A stretch of DNA of 64,000 bases, from contig NC_092672.1 in NCBI RefSeq assembly GCF_964355755.1, positions 6,882,001 to 6,946,000 of the forward strand, written 5' to 3'. Position 1 is the first letter of the stretch. Each line of letters begins with the position of its first letter. Source of the stretch: Antedon mediterranea (taxonomy: Eukaryota > Animalia > Echinodermata). The notes beneath the pieces were generated by a model. That model was not told where the DNA came from. It saw only the letters and a list, made by a program, of their open reading frames with translations, and ran no database searches. The position numbers and the translations under genes are program-made. Of the stretch, positions 63,975 through 64,000 are shown piece after piece.

Positions 63975-64000
63975 CTGATTTATTAAAAAAAAAAATATTA

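Overview
AT-rich, intron-containing animal genomic DNA, probably a marine invertebrate (inference). The window holds a head-to-tail, minus-strand tandem array of Cys-loop ligand-gated ion channel (nicotinic acetylcholine receptor-like) genes, which I assembled by hand from GT-AG exons. Gene A is the 5' half only (6604 to beyond the left edge). Gene B is a complete canonical alpha subunit with YxCC (25961-14690). A dead exon-2 relic lies at about 28.3 kb. Genes C (42887-33649), D (58041-54003, exon 1 not found) and E (3' half, 63974-63126) are strongly diverged paralogs. C/D/E lack the loop-C vicinal cysteines, have gained new extracellular Cys residues (a pair in C and D), and have very different intracellular loops; C also has a polybasic pore filter. 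This pattern recalls nAChR-derived sensory receptor expansions. Introns and spacers contain three Penelope-like elements (one nearly intact, with hammerhead ribozymes), a decayed Ty3/Gypsy element, LINE fragments, many MITEs, minisatellites, and a 364-bp tandem repeat carrying a well-folded tRNA-like gene with an unusual ATC anticodon.
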